NCBI GenBank assembly: GCA_963845755.1
Contig: CAWJTV010000034.1
Coordinates: forward strand, 448,001 to 512,000
Direction: 5' to 3'
Source: an uncultured Planctomycetota bacterium
Lineage (GTDB): Bacteria; Planctomycetota; Planctomycetia; Isosphaerales; Isosphaeraceae
DNA length: 64,000 nt
Of this stretch, positions 46,437 through 57,462 are shown piece after piece. Below the pieces are notes generated by a model, which saw only the letters and a program-made list of their open reading frames with translations, was not told where the DNA came from and searched no databases. A program made the translations under genes and the position numbers. Each line of letters starts with the position of its first letter. Position 1 is the first letter of the stretch.

Positions 46437-47868
46437 TCATTTCTGTTTGTCGGGCGCCGTGTCCTTCGTGACGGGATGCGTCGGCTTGCGACGGGCGTCG
46501 GGCTCCAGCCCGGGAATGCGCGAGATGGAGCTGTTGAATCGCTGATCGCCGGTCGCGGTCGTTGTCTCGGCCCGGATGTACTTCGTCAGCGGAGCTTCCT
46601 GTGGCTCGACGATCTGATCCTGGCGCACGAGCTGGATCCCTTCGACGACGACCTTCTGGCCCGATTCGAGCCCCGATTCCAGCACTCGCAGTCCCTCATA
46701 GACATCGACCGGCTTGACCTTGACGACCTGCACCTTGTTCGCGGCGTCGACGACATAGACGCGCGAGCCATCCTGCCCCTCGATCACCGACTGCTCCGGA
46801 ACAACCACGGCATCCACATACTGGCCGACGATCATCCCGGCGCGGACATACTCGCCCGGCAAGAGGGACCCGTCGGGATTCGGGACCGCCGCACGCATCA
46901 GGAACGTCAACGTGGTAGTGTCCACGACGTTGTCGATAAAGATGGCCCTGCCGAAATGGGGGTGCTGGCGCTCGCCCTCGACAGTCAGCTCGACCTTCAA
47001 GCCGGGGCCGAGGCTGCGCCGTCGCCACCGGGAGATACCGAGCGGGCGGGCGAAAGTCCAATCCCATCGGATCGAGCTGCTGGATCGTGACCAGCTCGGT
47101 CGCCTGGCCATCGCCGACCAGGTTGCCGACCTTGATCTTCAGCTCGCCGATGCGCCCATCGATGGGTGCCATCATCCGGCAATAGCCCAGATTGAGGTGG
47201 GCATCGTCGACGCCGGCCTTGGCTCGGGCGAAGTCGGACTTGGCGGTCTCGATATTGATCCGATAATCGGCCTCCTCCTGCTCCAGGTTGGCGCGATCGG
47301 ACTCGACTTGAGCCGCGGTCTTCTTGAGCTGAGCCTCGGCCTTATCGTAGTCGTCCTGAGACGCCGCCTTGCGCGAAAGCAGGCTGCGTTCGCGCCGTTC
47401 CTCGACGCGGTCGAGCAATAGCTGGGCCTGGTCCAGATCGAGTTGGGCCTTGGCGACCTGGGGCCTTCGCGAGGCCTCGGCTTTCTTCAAAGCCGCCCCG
47501 GCCGCCTCGAGCTGCGCCTCGGCCTGCGCGAGCTGGAGCTTGTAAGGCTGCTCGTCGATCACCAGCAAGAGTTGAGCTTTCTTGACATTGCCGCCTTCCT
47601 CGAAATGCTTCTCCGTGAGGAATCCCTTGACTCGCGCCCGTATCGTCACGTCCTGGAGGGCTCGGGTCGTGCCGATCGGGTTGACGACGATCGGCAGAGT
47701 CCGCTTCTCCGATAGGGTGACCGTAACCTTGGGCGGCGGCGGTTTATGCTCCGGTTCCTGAGTCACGCGACAGCCGGCGAGCCCCAGCGCGATTGTCGCC
47801 GCCGAGCCCGCTATCAGCGGGAACATTCTGGATACGAACGACCGAGCCGGTGCTGGCGATAGCGTCAT
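46437..47868 (-). CDS. RND periplasmic adaptor (MFP) lipoprotein (frameshift ~47020)
   Basis: Lipobox LAGC; IRARVKGFL, NLGYC..APIDG..G, GNLV, FIDN.VD..T, NPDGSLLPGEY, VPEQSV. Confidence 0.9.
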
Positions 47869-47960
47869 GTTCGTTGTCCGTCGTCCTTCTTCCGTTCCGA
47901 GTCCGCCTCGGGGCAGGGCGCGATCCCTGGGCCAGGCGGAAGCCATCATACTGAGGCTCA

Positions 47961-48950
47961 TCAGGGAACGCCATGGACGTCGGACGGCTTCTTACGAGCC
48001 ACATCCCAGCCGGGAAGGGTGACCGGCTCCTGGCCCGGCGGCGGTGGCTCGACCAGCTTGCCGTAGAGCTCGGGGCGACGCGCCCGGAGATAGCGCCGGC
48101 CCGACGAATGCTCCAGTTTTTCGGGTGTCAGCAGGGCCACGACGACATCGTCATCGAGCGCCCGGCTCTCGGCGAGGACCTCGCCGAACGGGTCGAGGAT
48201 CATGGCGAGGCCGGGCTTGACCGTGTCGTCGTCGAGGCCGATCGGGTTGCTGAAGACGGCATAGACGCCGTTCTCCCAGGCGCACGCCGGGAGCCACCTC
48301 ATTAGCCAGCCACGACCCTTCGGGCCTTGAAACTCGAGTTGCAGCCGGACCGGGTCGCGTTCTCGGTTGTCCCACAAGGTCCGGCCCACGATGCCTCGCC
48401 CCGGCATGATCGAGGGAAGGCATCCGGTCACATGCGGCATGAAGATGACCTCGGCGCCCATCATCGCCGTGATGCGGACGTTCTCCGGCAAGTTGTTGTC
48501 GTAGCAGATCAGGAAGCCGGCCTTGATGCCCCGGATCTCGACGACGTTGTACGAATCCCCGGGAGTCAAGGCGGGATTGATGAACGTGTGCAGTTTGCGA
48601 TACTTGGTGATGAATCCCTCCGGACCGACCGTCACATAGCAATTATGGAGCGTCCCCGACGGATCCGACTCGACGAGCCCGGCCATCACCACAGCATCAT
48701 ACCTCCGCGCAATCGCTTCCAATGCACGGACCGACAGACCGCCCGGGACCGGCTCCGCCACCGCGGAAAGCCCGGAGCGGCTCAAGTTCTGGAGATAAGT
48801 ATAACCCGAAATCGCACATTCGTGGAAGCTGACGATCTCGGCACCTTGCTCCACGGCGCGGCGAGTCAGTGCGTCGATCCGGGAGAGATTATATTCTTTA
48901 TCGTTATTGCGATGCTCGAACTGGGCGGTGGCCACTCGGATGTCTCGCAC
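47961..48950 (-). CDS. Nitrilase / carbon-nitrogen hydrolase family protein
   Basis: Catalytic E-K-C in SFHEC, KYRKLH and LICYDN; ILDPFGE. Confidence 0.9.
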   Translation of the reverse strand: MRDIRVATAQFEHRNNDKEYNLSRIDALTRRAVEQGAEIVSFHECAISGYTYLQNLSRSGLSAVAEPVPGGLSVRALEAIARRYDAVVMAGLVESDPSGTLHNCYVTVGPEGFITKYRKLHTFINPALTPGDSYNVVEIRGIKAGFLICYDNNLPENVRITAMMGAEVIFMPHVTGCLPSIMPGRGIVGRTLWDNRERDPVRLQLEFQGPKGRGWLMRWLPACAWENGVYAVFSNPIGLDDDTVKPGLAMILDPFGEVLAESRALDDDVVVALLTPEKLEHSSGRRYLRARRPELYGKLVEPPPPGQEPVTLPGWDVARKKPSDVHGVP

Positions 48951-49430
48951 GGGAACGTCCTTTTCAGCCAGCACAGAAACGGGATGTCTCCGATGGTTCG
49001 ATCCCGGATGCATCATTCTGACACAGGATCGGCCTGGATGCCGATTCTAACAGGATGGATCTGCTCGCGTGCGATGAAGGCGTCCGGATTTCGGGTGCCC
49101 GGGAGGAGCGATGCAGGAGTACGACACGTGCGGCAGGTGCCTGATCCAGGACCACGGCAATTCGATCCGGGTGCACGGATGATTCCAATACGGCCTGGAC
49201 CAGGAAATGGGGAGCAGCGCACTTCGAGACGCGCGTCCGCCCTGTGCTGGCCCTCAGGCGTTGCGGCGTGCCGACATGGCGAGTATGTTAAGCAATTGTC
49301 GAATCGCCGGGGACGCTGCATCGTCAACCTCCGAGATTCAGTCACGCCAACGACACCACTCCATTCGAAATACCGCGGGTCTTCCCGCTGGTCCGCCAGA
49401 CTACGCCGCTCGATCCGAGAAGGAGACAAC

Positions 49431-51293
49431 ATGGACCGCATCTTCAGAGGGACTTCGCGCGTGTTGATCGCAGTGTTCGTGGCGGTGGCGACGGCGGGCC
49501 TTGCGATGGCGCAGCAAGCCGCGGTGGTTGGGACGCTCGACGGCCACACCGAGGCCGTTTACTCGGTCGCCTGGAGTCCGGACGGCAAGACGCTGGCGAC
49601 GGCCGGATTCGACAACACGGTCCGGTTCTGGGACGTCGCCAAACGCAAGGAGATCCAGAAGTACGAAGGGCATTCCAAGCTGGTCCTTGCCGTCGCGATC
49701 TCGCCGAACGGGCGGCAGATCCTCTCCGGGAGCATCGATAACACCGCAAAGGTCTGGGACGTTCCGTCATTCGAACCGCGGCGTCTGGACGCCGGGCAAC
49801 CGATCAACTCCTTCGCGCTGAGCGACGATGGGACCAAGTTGGCGACCGGCGGCGATGACAAGATTCTGCGGATCTGGAACCGGACCGATTGGAAGCTGAT
49901 CCGGGAAATCTCAGTAGCGGACCAGCCGATTGTCTCCGTCGCGTTCCGCCAGGATGGATCTCAGATCGCCCTGGCCCTCGCGAACAAGTCGGTGCGGATT
50001 TGCGGCGTCGCCGACGGCAAGGAGGTCAAGAAAATCGAAGGCTTACCGTCGCCGATCACTTCGATAGCGTTCCGGGCGGATGGCTCGCGGCTAGCGATCG
50101 CCGGAGAGGACAACATGATCCGGATCGTCGGCGCCGGTGATGGCAAGACCATCAAGGAGCTGAAGGGACACACCGGGCGGATTCACGCTTTGGCATTCGC
50201 GCCGAAGGACGGCAACCAGATGGCTTCGGGATCGGCCGACAAGACGGCCCGGCTCTGGGACACGAATCAGGGGAAAACTTTGCGGACCTTGGCGGGCCAT
50301 GGGGACGCCGTTGGCGGCCTGGGTTTCAGCCGGGATGGCACCAAGCTCGTGACCGGCTCGCAGGACAAGACGGTCCGAACCTGGAACGCGGCCGACGGCA
50401 AGCTACTCCTGGCGATCCCGGGGCTCCCGGCCGGAGTGAGTGCCGTGGCTGTCTCGGGCAACGGTGCACTCACGGCGGCGGGCCTGACGGACGGGACCGT
50501 CAAGGTCTTCGACACGGCGGCGACCCAGGCCGCGAAGTCCGAGCGTGCCACCTACCGGGGCTCCGCTAGCCCGGTGACCGGGCTGGCATTCTTGCCGGAT
50601 TCGACCGGGCTGATCTCCGCCTCCACCGACAAGACCGTCGAACTCTGGACACTTCCTTCTTCCGCGGCATTCAAGACATTCACAGGCCATACCGGCCAAA
50701 TTTATGGCGTCGCCTGGAGCCCCGACGGCAAGCTGGCGGCGACCGCGGCCGCCGACAAGACGGCGCGGATCTGGGATGTGGCCAAGGGGACCTCGCTCCG
50801 ATCGATCGCCGCCGATCCCAACGTTGTCTATGCCGTCGCGTTCGGCCGCAAGGGAGACGTGCTCGCCACTGGCGGTGACGACAAGTTGATCAAGTACTGG
50901 AACGTCGCCGACGGCAAGGAACTGCGGAAGAGTCAGGGCCACGGCGCCGCGGTCTATAGCCTGGCCTTTCATCCCGACGGCACCACGCTGGCTTCCGGCT
51001 CGGTCAACAAGACCGTGCGAATCTGGAACGTGACCGATGGCAAGGAGCGACACAAGCTCGACGGGCACCCTTATGAAATCTACTCGATCTCCTTCAGTCC
51101 CGACGGTCAGAAACTGGCTTCGGTCGACGTCGGCGGCACCCTGTTCGTCTGGAACGTCTCCGAGGCCAAGCCGATCTTTCACCAACGCGTGGCCGCGGAC
51201 ATCATGACCTACGGCGTAGCCTGGAGTCCCGATGGGTCTCAACTGGCCGTCGCCGGGTCGAACAACAGGACGTACCTGCTGAAACTGCCGTGA
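49431..51293 (+). CDS. Secreted WD40 protein with 14 repeats
   Basis: RBS AAGGAG; signal peptide ending AMA; 14 GH..V.S.A(W/F)SPDG..L.(S/T)..D.T..W(D/N)-type repeats. Confidence 0.9.
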   Translation: MDRIFRGTSRVLIAVFVAVATAGLAMAQQAAVVGTLDGHTEAVYSVAWSPDGKTLATAGFDNTVRFWDVAKRKEIQKYEGHSKLVLAVAISPNGRQILSGSIDNTAKVWDVPSFEPRRLDAGQPINSFALSDDGTKLATGGDDKILRIWNRTDWKLIREISVADQPIVSVAFRQDGSQIALALANKSVRICGVADGKEVKKIEGLPSPITSIAFRADGSRLAIAGEDNMIRIVGAGDGKTIKELKGHTGRIHALAFAPKDGNQMASGSADKTARLWDTNQGKTLRTLAGHGDAVGGLGFSRDGTKLVTGSQDKTVRTWNAADGKLLLAIPGLPAGVSAVAVSGNGALTAAGLTDGTVKVFDTAATQAAKSERATYRGSASPVTGLAFLPDSTGLISASTDKTVELWTLPSSAAFKTFTGHTGQIYGVAWSPDGKLAATAAADKTARIWDVAKGTSLRSIAADPNVVYAVAFGRKGDVLATGGDDKLIKYWNVADGKELRKSQGHGAAVYSLAFHPDGTTLASGSVNKTVRIWNVTDGKERHKLDGHPYEIYSISFSPDGQKLASVDVGGTLFVWNVSEAKPIFHQRVAADIMTYGVAWSPDGSQLAVAGSNNRTYLLKLP

Positions 51294-51302
51294 TCGCAGC
51301 GG

Positions 51303-51746
51303 TCATCCCTGTTCGGGCAGATCGGACATGGGAACCATCTCACCCCAGGCGCGGAGGATGCCGACGGGACCGTCGAACCTCCAGCCGCCGTTCTCGAAGA
51401 CGAACTGGTAGACCGGGCCGATGCGATTGGTCGGGCAGATCCAAACGTTCGGACCTTCGCGCCAGGCCTTGAAGTTCTTGTTGAGGTTCCGCGGGATGCC
51501 GACGAGTCCCCCCTCGGCCGCGACCGACAGGGCATGGGTCTGGAGGTAGCGCGCCGAACAGAGCGACCGCGCCGCCTGGAGCCGCTCGGACTCGCTGAGG
51601 CCCGGCCGATTGGCGACGGTGAAGAGCTCGGAGCACGTCCGCATCGCCCCGCGCACCGGTTGCGTGGCGATGATCTCGAACGCCAGGCCACCGATCACGA
51701 TCGAGGTGATGGCACTCGCGATCAGGATCCAGCGGATTCGGGACAT
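51303..51746 (-). CDS. Hypothetical membrane-anchored protein
   Basis: N-terminal TM; GIPRNLNKNF, CPTNRIGPVYQF, WRFDGPVG; convergent with the WD40 gene. Confidence 0.6.
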   Translation of the reverse strand: MSRIRWILIASAITSIVIGGLAFEIIATQPVRGAMRTCSELFTVANRPGLSESERLQAARSLCSARYLQTHALSVAAEGGLVGIPRNLNKNFKAWREGPNVWICPTNRIGPVYQFVFENGGWRFDGPVGILRAWGEMVPMSDLPEQG

Positions 51747-51874
51747 GGGGAACCATCCACGGCGAGCCGAACGGGCTGGGAGCAACAGGCGTCATCCCCT
51801 ATGATAATGGGGATGTCCGCTCGCTGCCGATAGAATCCTCAGAAGTTTCCCGCGATGCCCGATTGGGACGATCC

Positions 51875-52846
51875 ATGAGTAAGATCCCCGACAATCGCAC
51901 CACGCCGAAGGGTCGTACGTTCAAGATGAAGCCTAAAAGGAAGGCTGAGGACGGCGAGGGTTCGTTCGAATACGGTTATCGTGATGTGCGGAAGAAGCTC
52001 CCGAGCGGTCGGTATGGCTTCGTGCGTGTTCCCTTAACCTTGGATGATTTGTTGCACCCCAAGGAAGGAGACGTCCAAGTCCATAGTGTTTCGCATACCG
52101 ACGATCGCACCTACCTAAGGTGTGTACTTGGGGCTCGGCTCGCGATCGACCACTCGGTCGTTGTGTTCTCCAACTGTGGCATATTCTGGGACATTCCCGG
52201 CCTGAGACACCATAGCCCCGACCTGGCCGTGATCTTCGGAGTGAAGCAGCGAAAGGACTGGGTGGCATTCTACGTCAAGAAGGAGAAGGTACGGCCATCC
52301 TTGATCATCGAGGTGACGTCGACCGGTACGCGGGTTCTCGACGTCAAGACGAAGGTCGAGCAATACGCGGAGGCGCGGGTGCCCTATTACGTCATCGCCG
52401 ATGCCCGGGAGGAACCGGACGCAGAAGGACAGGTCCGTAGGCGGCTCGACCTGATTGCCTATCGGTTGAAAGGAGAGGCTTACGAGCGTGTGCCGGCAGA
52501 TCAACAGGGACGAGTTCGCCTGGAGCCGGTGAACTTGCTGTTGGGAGTGCGGGTGGATCGCCTGACGGGTAGCGACCGCCTCGTGCTGATCGATCCGGCG
52601 ACCAACGAGGAAATCGGCGACTACACGGCCGTGGACCAAGCCTATGCCGCCGCGGTAAAGGCCCGCGCCGCCGCCGAGGCTCGGGGCAAAGTCGCTGAAG
52701 CCCAGATCAAGGCCGCCGAGGTCCGACTTCAGGCCGCCCAGGCTCGGCTTCGCGAGCTGGAGGCCGGCTCGGAACGGGTGCAAGCGTGGAGAGTAAACGA
52801 TGGCACGGCCAAGGAAAGCCCAATCACGACCTCAGCCGCTTCTTGA
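51875..52846 (+). CDS. Uma2 (DUF820) PD-(D/E)XK-like endonuclease with coiled-coil tail
   Basis: LLHPKEGD, HSPDLAV, P.LIIEVTS..TR..D..K...YA...VPYY. Confidence 0.8.
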   Translation: MSKIPDNRTTPKGRTFKMKPKRKAEDGEGSFEYGYRDVRKKLPSGRYGFVRVPLTLDDLLHPKEGDVQVHSVSHTDDRTYLRCVLGARLAIDHSVVVFSNCGIFWDIPGLRHHSPDLAVIFGVKQRKDWVAFYVKKEKVRPSLIIEVTSTGTRVLDVKTKVEQYAEARVPYYVIADAREEPDAEGQVRRRLDLIAYRLKGEAYERVPADQQGRVRLEPVNLLLGVRVDRLTGSDRLVLIDPATNEEIGDYTAVDQAYAAAVKARAAAEARGKVAEAQIKAAEVRLQAAQARLRELEAGSERVQAWRVNDGTAKESPITTSAAS

Positions 52847-54224
52847 GATCCTCGCGAAGCCGGTCGATCACCGAGTCGGCCTTGGCCTGCGCGAGGATCT
52901 GCTGGATGACGGTCTTGATCCCGCGCGGTCCCCACTGGCAGCCCTGACGAAGGTAGGTCTTGGCACCCTGGCCAAGGACGTACGACGTCATGGCGCCGGT
53001 CGCCGCCTGGCCTAATCCAATCGCGCCGTAGCCCAGTGCGGTGAGCGGAGCAGCCAGCCCGCCGCTCATGACCGTCAACCCGGCCAGCGACGACTTCAGT
53101 CCGCTGGCCAGCAAGCGGCTGGCAACGCCGACGAGGCCCATCGCGCCGAGCGCCAGCATCATGTCGCGGACCAGGCTGGCCGCGGTCCGGCGCGTCAAAG
53201 GGATGCCGTAAAGCTTGCTCAACGTGAGGATCATCCCCACGTCAACGGCCAGGCCGCCGGCCATGTCAGCGACCGGTATGGGGTTGATCGCGACCGCCGC
53301 TCCTTTGGCCATCGCGAAGTTCCAGATCAGCCGGTTGGCCGCCTCATCCCGGATCTGAATCTTCCGCGCCACGATCTCGGCATGGAGGTCGCCCGCCATG
53401 AGCAAGGTATTCAAGGCGACCAGAGCTTTGCCCTCGCGGTCGAGTACGTCGAGGATGCGGACCTTGAGCGGCTCGATCAACGGAGCCGGACGCTCCCACT
53501 GGGTCTGGACCGTCCCGTCGGGAAGTTGCACCCGGACCTTGAAGGCGTCGGGCCGGGCCGCGGTCATCACGACGTCTTCGGGACGGACCAGGTGCTTGAC
53601 CCGCTCGTCCTTGATCTTGGCATAGATCTGGTCGCGGTCGAGGTCGGGATAGCGATCGATCTGGTTGAAGACCAGGATGATCGGCTTTTGTACTTCGCGT
53701 AGCTCATTGAGAGCCTCGATCTCGACGCGCTGCATGTCGCCCGAGACGATGAAGAGGATCAGATCCGCATGACGCGCGACATCGATGCGCGAGCGCCTCG
53801 CGGGCCTCGCCGCCGACCTCATCGATGCCCGGAGTATCGACCACGACGAGTTTGGCACCCGCCAATCCGGGACGGCCGATGGCGCTCTGCTCCCATCGCT
53901 GGGCGGCGCGGACGACCGTGGTGCCGTGCGTCGCGCCGATCTTGAACACCTCCTGGCCGATCAGCGCAGTTGAGGACCGACGACTTCCCCCGGCTGACCA
54001 TGCCGAATGCAGCGATCTCGATGGTCGTCTCGTCGAGCTTCCGGGTCAGGTCGCGGAGCTGGCGCAGTTCCTCGGCCAGCACCTGCTCTTCCTCGGGCGT
54101 GAGTTTGAGCCCCGCCAGGGTCTCCTCGAGGCTCTCCCGCGCAGCGCTCGACAGTCTGGTCGGTCACCTCACTCTGTCGGTCCAGTTCGTCGAGCAACTC
54201 GATCAGCTCCTCGTTGCCGGCCAT
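52824..54224 (-). CDS. GTP-binding protein with DUF697 domain (frameshifts ~54142, ~53968, ~53788)
   Basis: G1 FGMVSRGKSS, G2 HGTT, G3 DTPG, G4 NQID; DUF697-like AVAINPIPVAD..YG..L; four ORF pieces join. Confidence 0.75.
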
Positions 54225-54237
54225 GGTCCGGGGTCCT

Positions 54238-55589
54238 TTATTGTCGCCGGGTTCGGATGGCTTGTTCGCACCACTCGGCTGTTCGCAGAAGTTTCAGGTC
54301 CTGGAATGGCGAGGCGACGAGCTGCAAGGCAACCGGCAGGCCGTCCGGCGCGAGGCCGATTGGGAACGAGACTGTGGGCAGCCCCGTGTAGCTCCACGGC
54401 GCAGTTGAAGGATGGATCCCCGGTGGTCGCCCGATCGGGAGCCGTACTGGGAGCAGCGGGCGTAATCCATGCGGGGGCCTTCTTCGAATTCAAGTGTTCC
54501 ATCATTCGAAACATCGTCAATGTCATGCGATCCCTGGCTTGGATGTAGTCCAACGCCAGTCGTGTTCGGCCCTCCAAAACGATTTCTCGGATGCGAGGTG
54601 GATAATCGTCAGGAAAGTCATCGAGCCAGTCGGAATGCACCTTGGCGGCTTCGGCGGTCAAGACCGTGCGATGGTCCTGGAGGATCGCCTCGAAGTCGAC
54701 AGGGTCATCGAGTTCGACGATGTCTGCTCCTCGATCCACGAAGGCTTGAACAGCCTCGTCGAGCACAGAGCGAAGGGCCGGCGTGGCGAGACGATCAAAA
54801 AAGCCCCGCGGGCGGCCGAGTCTAACAGGCAGTGGCGGGCAGAAATCGAACTGACGGTCGAGTCTTTTCTCGTCGGCCATCGCCAGCAGCAGGAGTCGAA
54901 GGTCATCGACCGTTCGACCGATCGGGCCGACATGATCCAGGCTTTCGGCAAACGGCAAGAGACCTTGCATCGCGTGAGTAATAGTCATCTTGCCCGGCTT
55001 CATCCCGGAGACACCGCAAAACGCGGCTGGCCGTGTGATCGACCCGCCCGTCTGGGTGCCCAACGCCCCGTAGCACATGCCGCAGGCCACTGCCGCGGCC
55101 GAGCCGCTCGACGAGCCGCCAGGCGTCCGTTCAAGATTCCACGGATTGCGCGTCACCGGGGGATCGAGACAAGCATACGCTGTCGTCACGGTTTTGCCCA
55201 TGATCACCGCGCCCGCCGTCCGGAGCCGGGCGACGACCTCAGCATCCTTCTGGGCGATCCGATCGACCCAGCGCTCCGCCCCGCAGGCCGTGGGCAGTCC
55301 CTTCACGTCGAAGATGTCCTTGATTCCGATCGGAATGCCATGAAGCGGGCCACGATCGTTGCCGGCTTTCAGCTCCTCATCGAGCGCCCGCGCCTGAGCG
55401 AGTGCTCCCTCTCGATCGAGCACGACCCAGGCGTGGACCTTGCGCTCCCACTCATCGACCTGTTCGAAAACAACGATTGAGCACATCGACGCAGGAAACG
55501 CGGCCCTCTCGAATCGCGCAGCCGATGCCGGCAATCGTCTGCTCGGGCCTGGGAAAAAGGCGCGGATAGTCTCGGTGTGCGTCGCTCAT
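54238..55589 (-). CDS. Amidase-signature family enzyme (frameshifts ~55468, ~54402)
   Basis: GPLHGIPIGIKD, GKTVT, TRNPW..TPGGSSSGSAAAVA, GTQTGGSI.RPA.FCG; re-framed tail WSYTGLPTVS..GLP..QL. Confidence 0.85.
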
Positions 55590-55612
55590 CGGGTTCGTCC
55601 TGGATTGGCCTT

Positions 55613-57178
55613 TCAATTCTTGGATGCGGGGGTTTCCTGGGACTTCGCGGAACCGGTAAGGAACCGACCGGAGACTTTTTGAACGGCCTGCTTGGCGAAT
55701 TCCTGAAGGAAATCGGTGCGGCTGGTGAGATCGAACTGGTGGATCAAGGCCGCCTGGAGGCCGCCGTCGCCCCAGGTCTGACCGTGCCGGAAATACTCGG
55801 TGAACGTCTCGCCGGAGATATGGGTCAAGTAGGCCATTGATACGGCCTGGACGGCGCCTCCCGCCGCGTAGCCCACCAGCGACGACTTGAAGATACCCGC
55901 GATTAGCGACGTGGTCGCCTCGACCAGGCCGAGCTTCAGCAGCATCTGGATCATCTCGGTGCCGATCATCCGGACGTTCGAGGCCGAGATCGTCACACCA
56001 TAAACGTTTGCGAGCTCCGTAATCATCTGGAACTGCACGGCGCCGCTGGCGAGCAGCTCCAGGGCGGGGAACGGGTTGGTGAAGACCGTCGCGGCCGTCA
56101 TCCACTGGAACTTCTCGACCACCGACTCGGCCCGCAGATCCCGCTCCCTCGAGAGCTGATCCTGGGCCTTTTTGCTCAGCAGGTGGGCGCGGAGCAGGAG
56201 ATTGCCGGCGCGGAGAGCGTCTCCCTCGCGCTTGAGGATCCGGGCAATCCGGTCGCGAAGCGATGCGAGTTCAGGCTGCTGGTCTTCGAGGATCGTCTCG
56301 GTCGTGCCATTGGCGCGACGGACGCGGACGGGACTCGGCCGAGGGGACGCAGCACCCGCGACCACGTCATCGGCCGGTACCAGCCCGCGAAGCCGCTCTC
56401 GGAGCTTGGCCAGGATCGCGTCGCGATCCTCATCGGTGAACCGATCCGTCTTGTTGAAGAACACGATCGACCGCTTCCCCTGCCGGACCAGCGCCGAGAG
56501 TGGCTCGAATTCGGTGCGAATCAGATCGTGGTCGACGACGAAGATCAGCAGATCCGCGCGGGCGGCTAGCTCGCGGGCTTCTTGCTCGCGCGTGGCGCCG
56601 CCCGCCCCGATCTCCGAGAGACCGGGCGTGTCGGTGAGGAACACCGTCCCTTCCACGCCACCCAGAGTGTACGTGTGGTGCTCGGCCTGCTGGGTCGTCC
56701 CCATGACGGCCTCGGTCTTGCCGACGTCTCGGCCCAGGAGCGCGTTGATGAGCGAAGTCTTGCCCGCGGAACCTGTTCCGAAAATGACGACGTGGAACTC
56801 GCGATGTTCCCGGCCGGACCGTAGTTCGCCCAATTCGCGGTTCAGCTCCGCCTTGGCCGACTGGTCGCCGACGCGCCGGATCACCCCTTCGGCCTGATCC
56901 GCCTGGAGAGCCGCCGCCTGAATCACATCGGCCGGGACCGGTGTGGCGGCTGGCGATCGGGATCGCGATCGCCAGGCCAGCCGGGCCAGCCAGAGAGAGC
57001 CGATCGCCAACAGGACGATCAGGACGACGAGAAACGCCAGCCCTAATGCCCTGGATTCCTGCGCAAACCGCTGATGGAGCTGGTTCAGGGAGCTCACCAG
57101 CCAGGCCGCCAGTCCCAGCGCCGCAGTGACAAGCAGGAGCGCCACCGTCGCATAAGTGTAGGTCGTACGCCTTGGCAT
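55613..57178 (-). CDS. Membrane-anchored GTP-binding protein with DUF697 domain
   Basis: Two N-terminal TMs; FGTGSAGKTSLINAL, MGTT, DTPG, NKTD; NPFPALE..YG. Confidence 0.85.
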   Translation of the reverse strand: MPRRTTYTYATVALLLVTAALGLAAWLVSSLNQLHQRFAQESRALGLAFLVVLIVLLAIGSLWLARLAWRSRSRSPAATPVPADVIQAAALQADQAEGVIRRVGDQSAKAELNRELGELRSGREHREFHVVIFGTGSAGKTSLINALLGRDVGKTEAVMGTTQQAEHHTYTLGGVEGTVFLTDTPGLSEIGAGGATREQEARELAARADLLIFVVDHDLIRTEFEPLSALVRQGKRSIVFFNKTDRFTDEDRDAILAKLRERLRGLVPADDVVAGAASPRPSPVRVRRANGTTETILEDQQPELASLRDRIARILKREGDALRAGNLLLRAHLLSKKAQDQLSRERDLRAESVVEKFQWMTAATVFTNPFPALELLASGAVQFQMITELANVYGVTISASNVRMIGTEMIQMLLKLGLVEATTSLIAGIFKSSLVGYAAGGAVQAVSMAYLTHISGETFTEYFRHGQTWGDGGLQAALIHQFDLTSRTDFLQEFAKQAVQKVSGRFLTGSAKSQETPASKN

Positions 57179-57462
57179 GCCTGGAAGCTCGCACAGTTGA
57201 GGTCCGAGATGATCTCGATCCCATCCCCGTGAAGTGGGTTCGTCGGATGCCCCCCGGTATTCACGATCGGCGGCCGGATGTGGCGTCGACCTCGATTGTG
57301 ACAGGATCGAGACGAGTTTGCATCACTTCAACCGGCCGAGTCGCTTCCAGAGGATGCGGATCCGGAGGATACTCCCCGTGCAAACGAAATCTCCACAAGG
57401 TTGTCTGGGCGAGCCAGGACCTTGTGGAGTTCGGAAGGGATCGGACTTCGCGTCGTGAGAGA

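Noticed and set aside
48327..49430. 370-aa N-terminal extension of the WD40 ORF
   Set aside because: It is antisense to the nitrilase gene; a strong RBS and signal peptide mark the start at 49431
51875..52846. Uma2 gene as part of a defence or restriction system
   Set aside because: No methyltransferase, antitoxin or other defence gene is adjacent; solitary paralogs of this family are common
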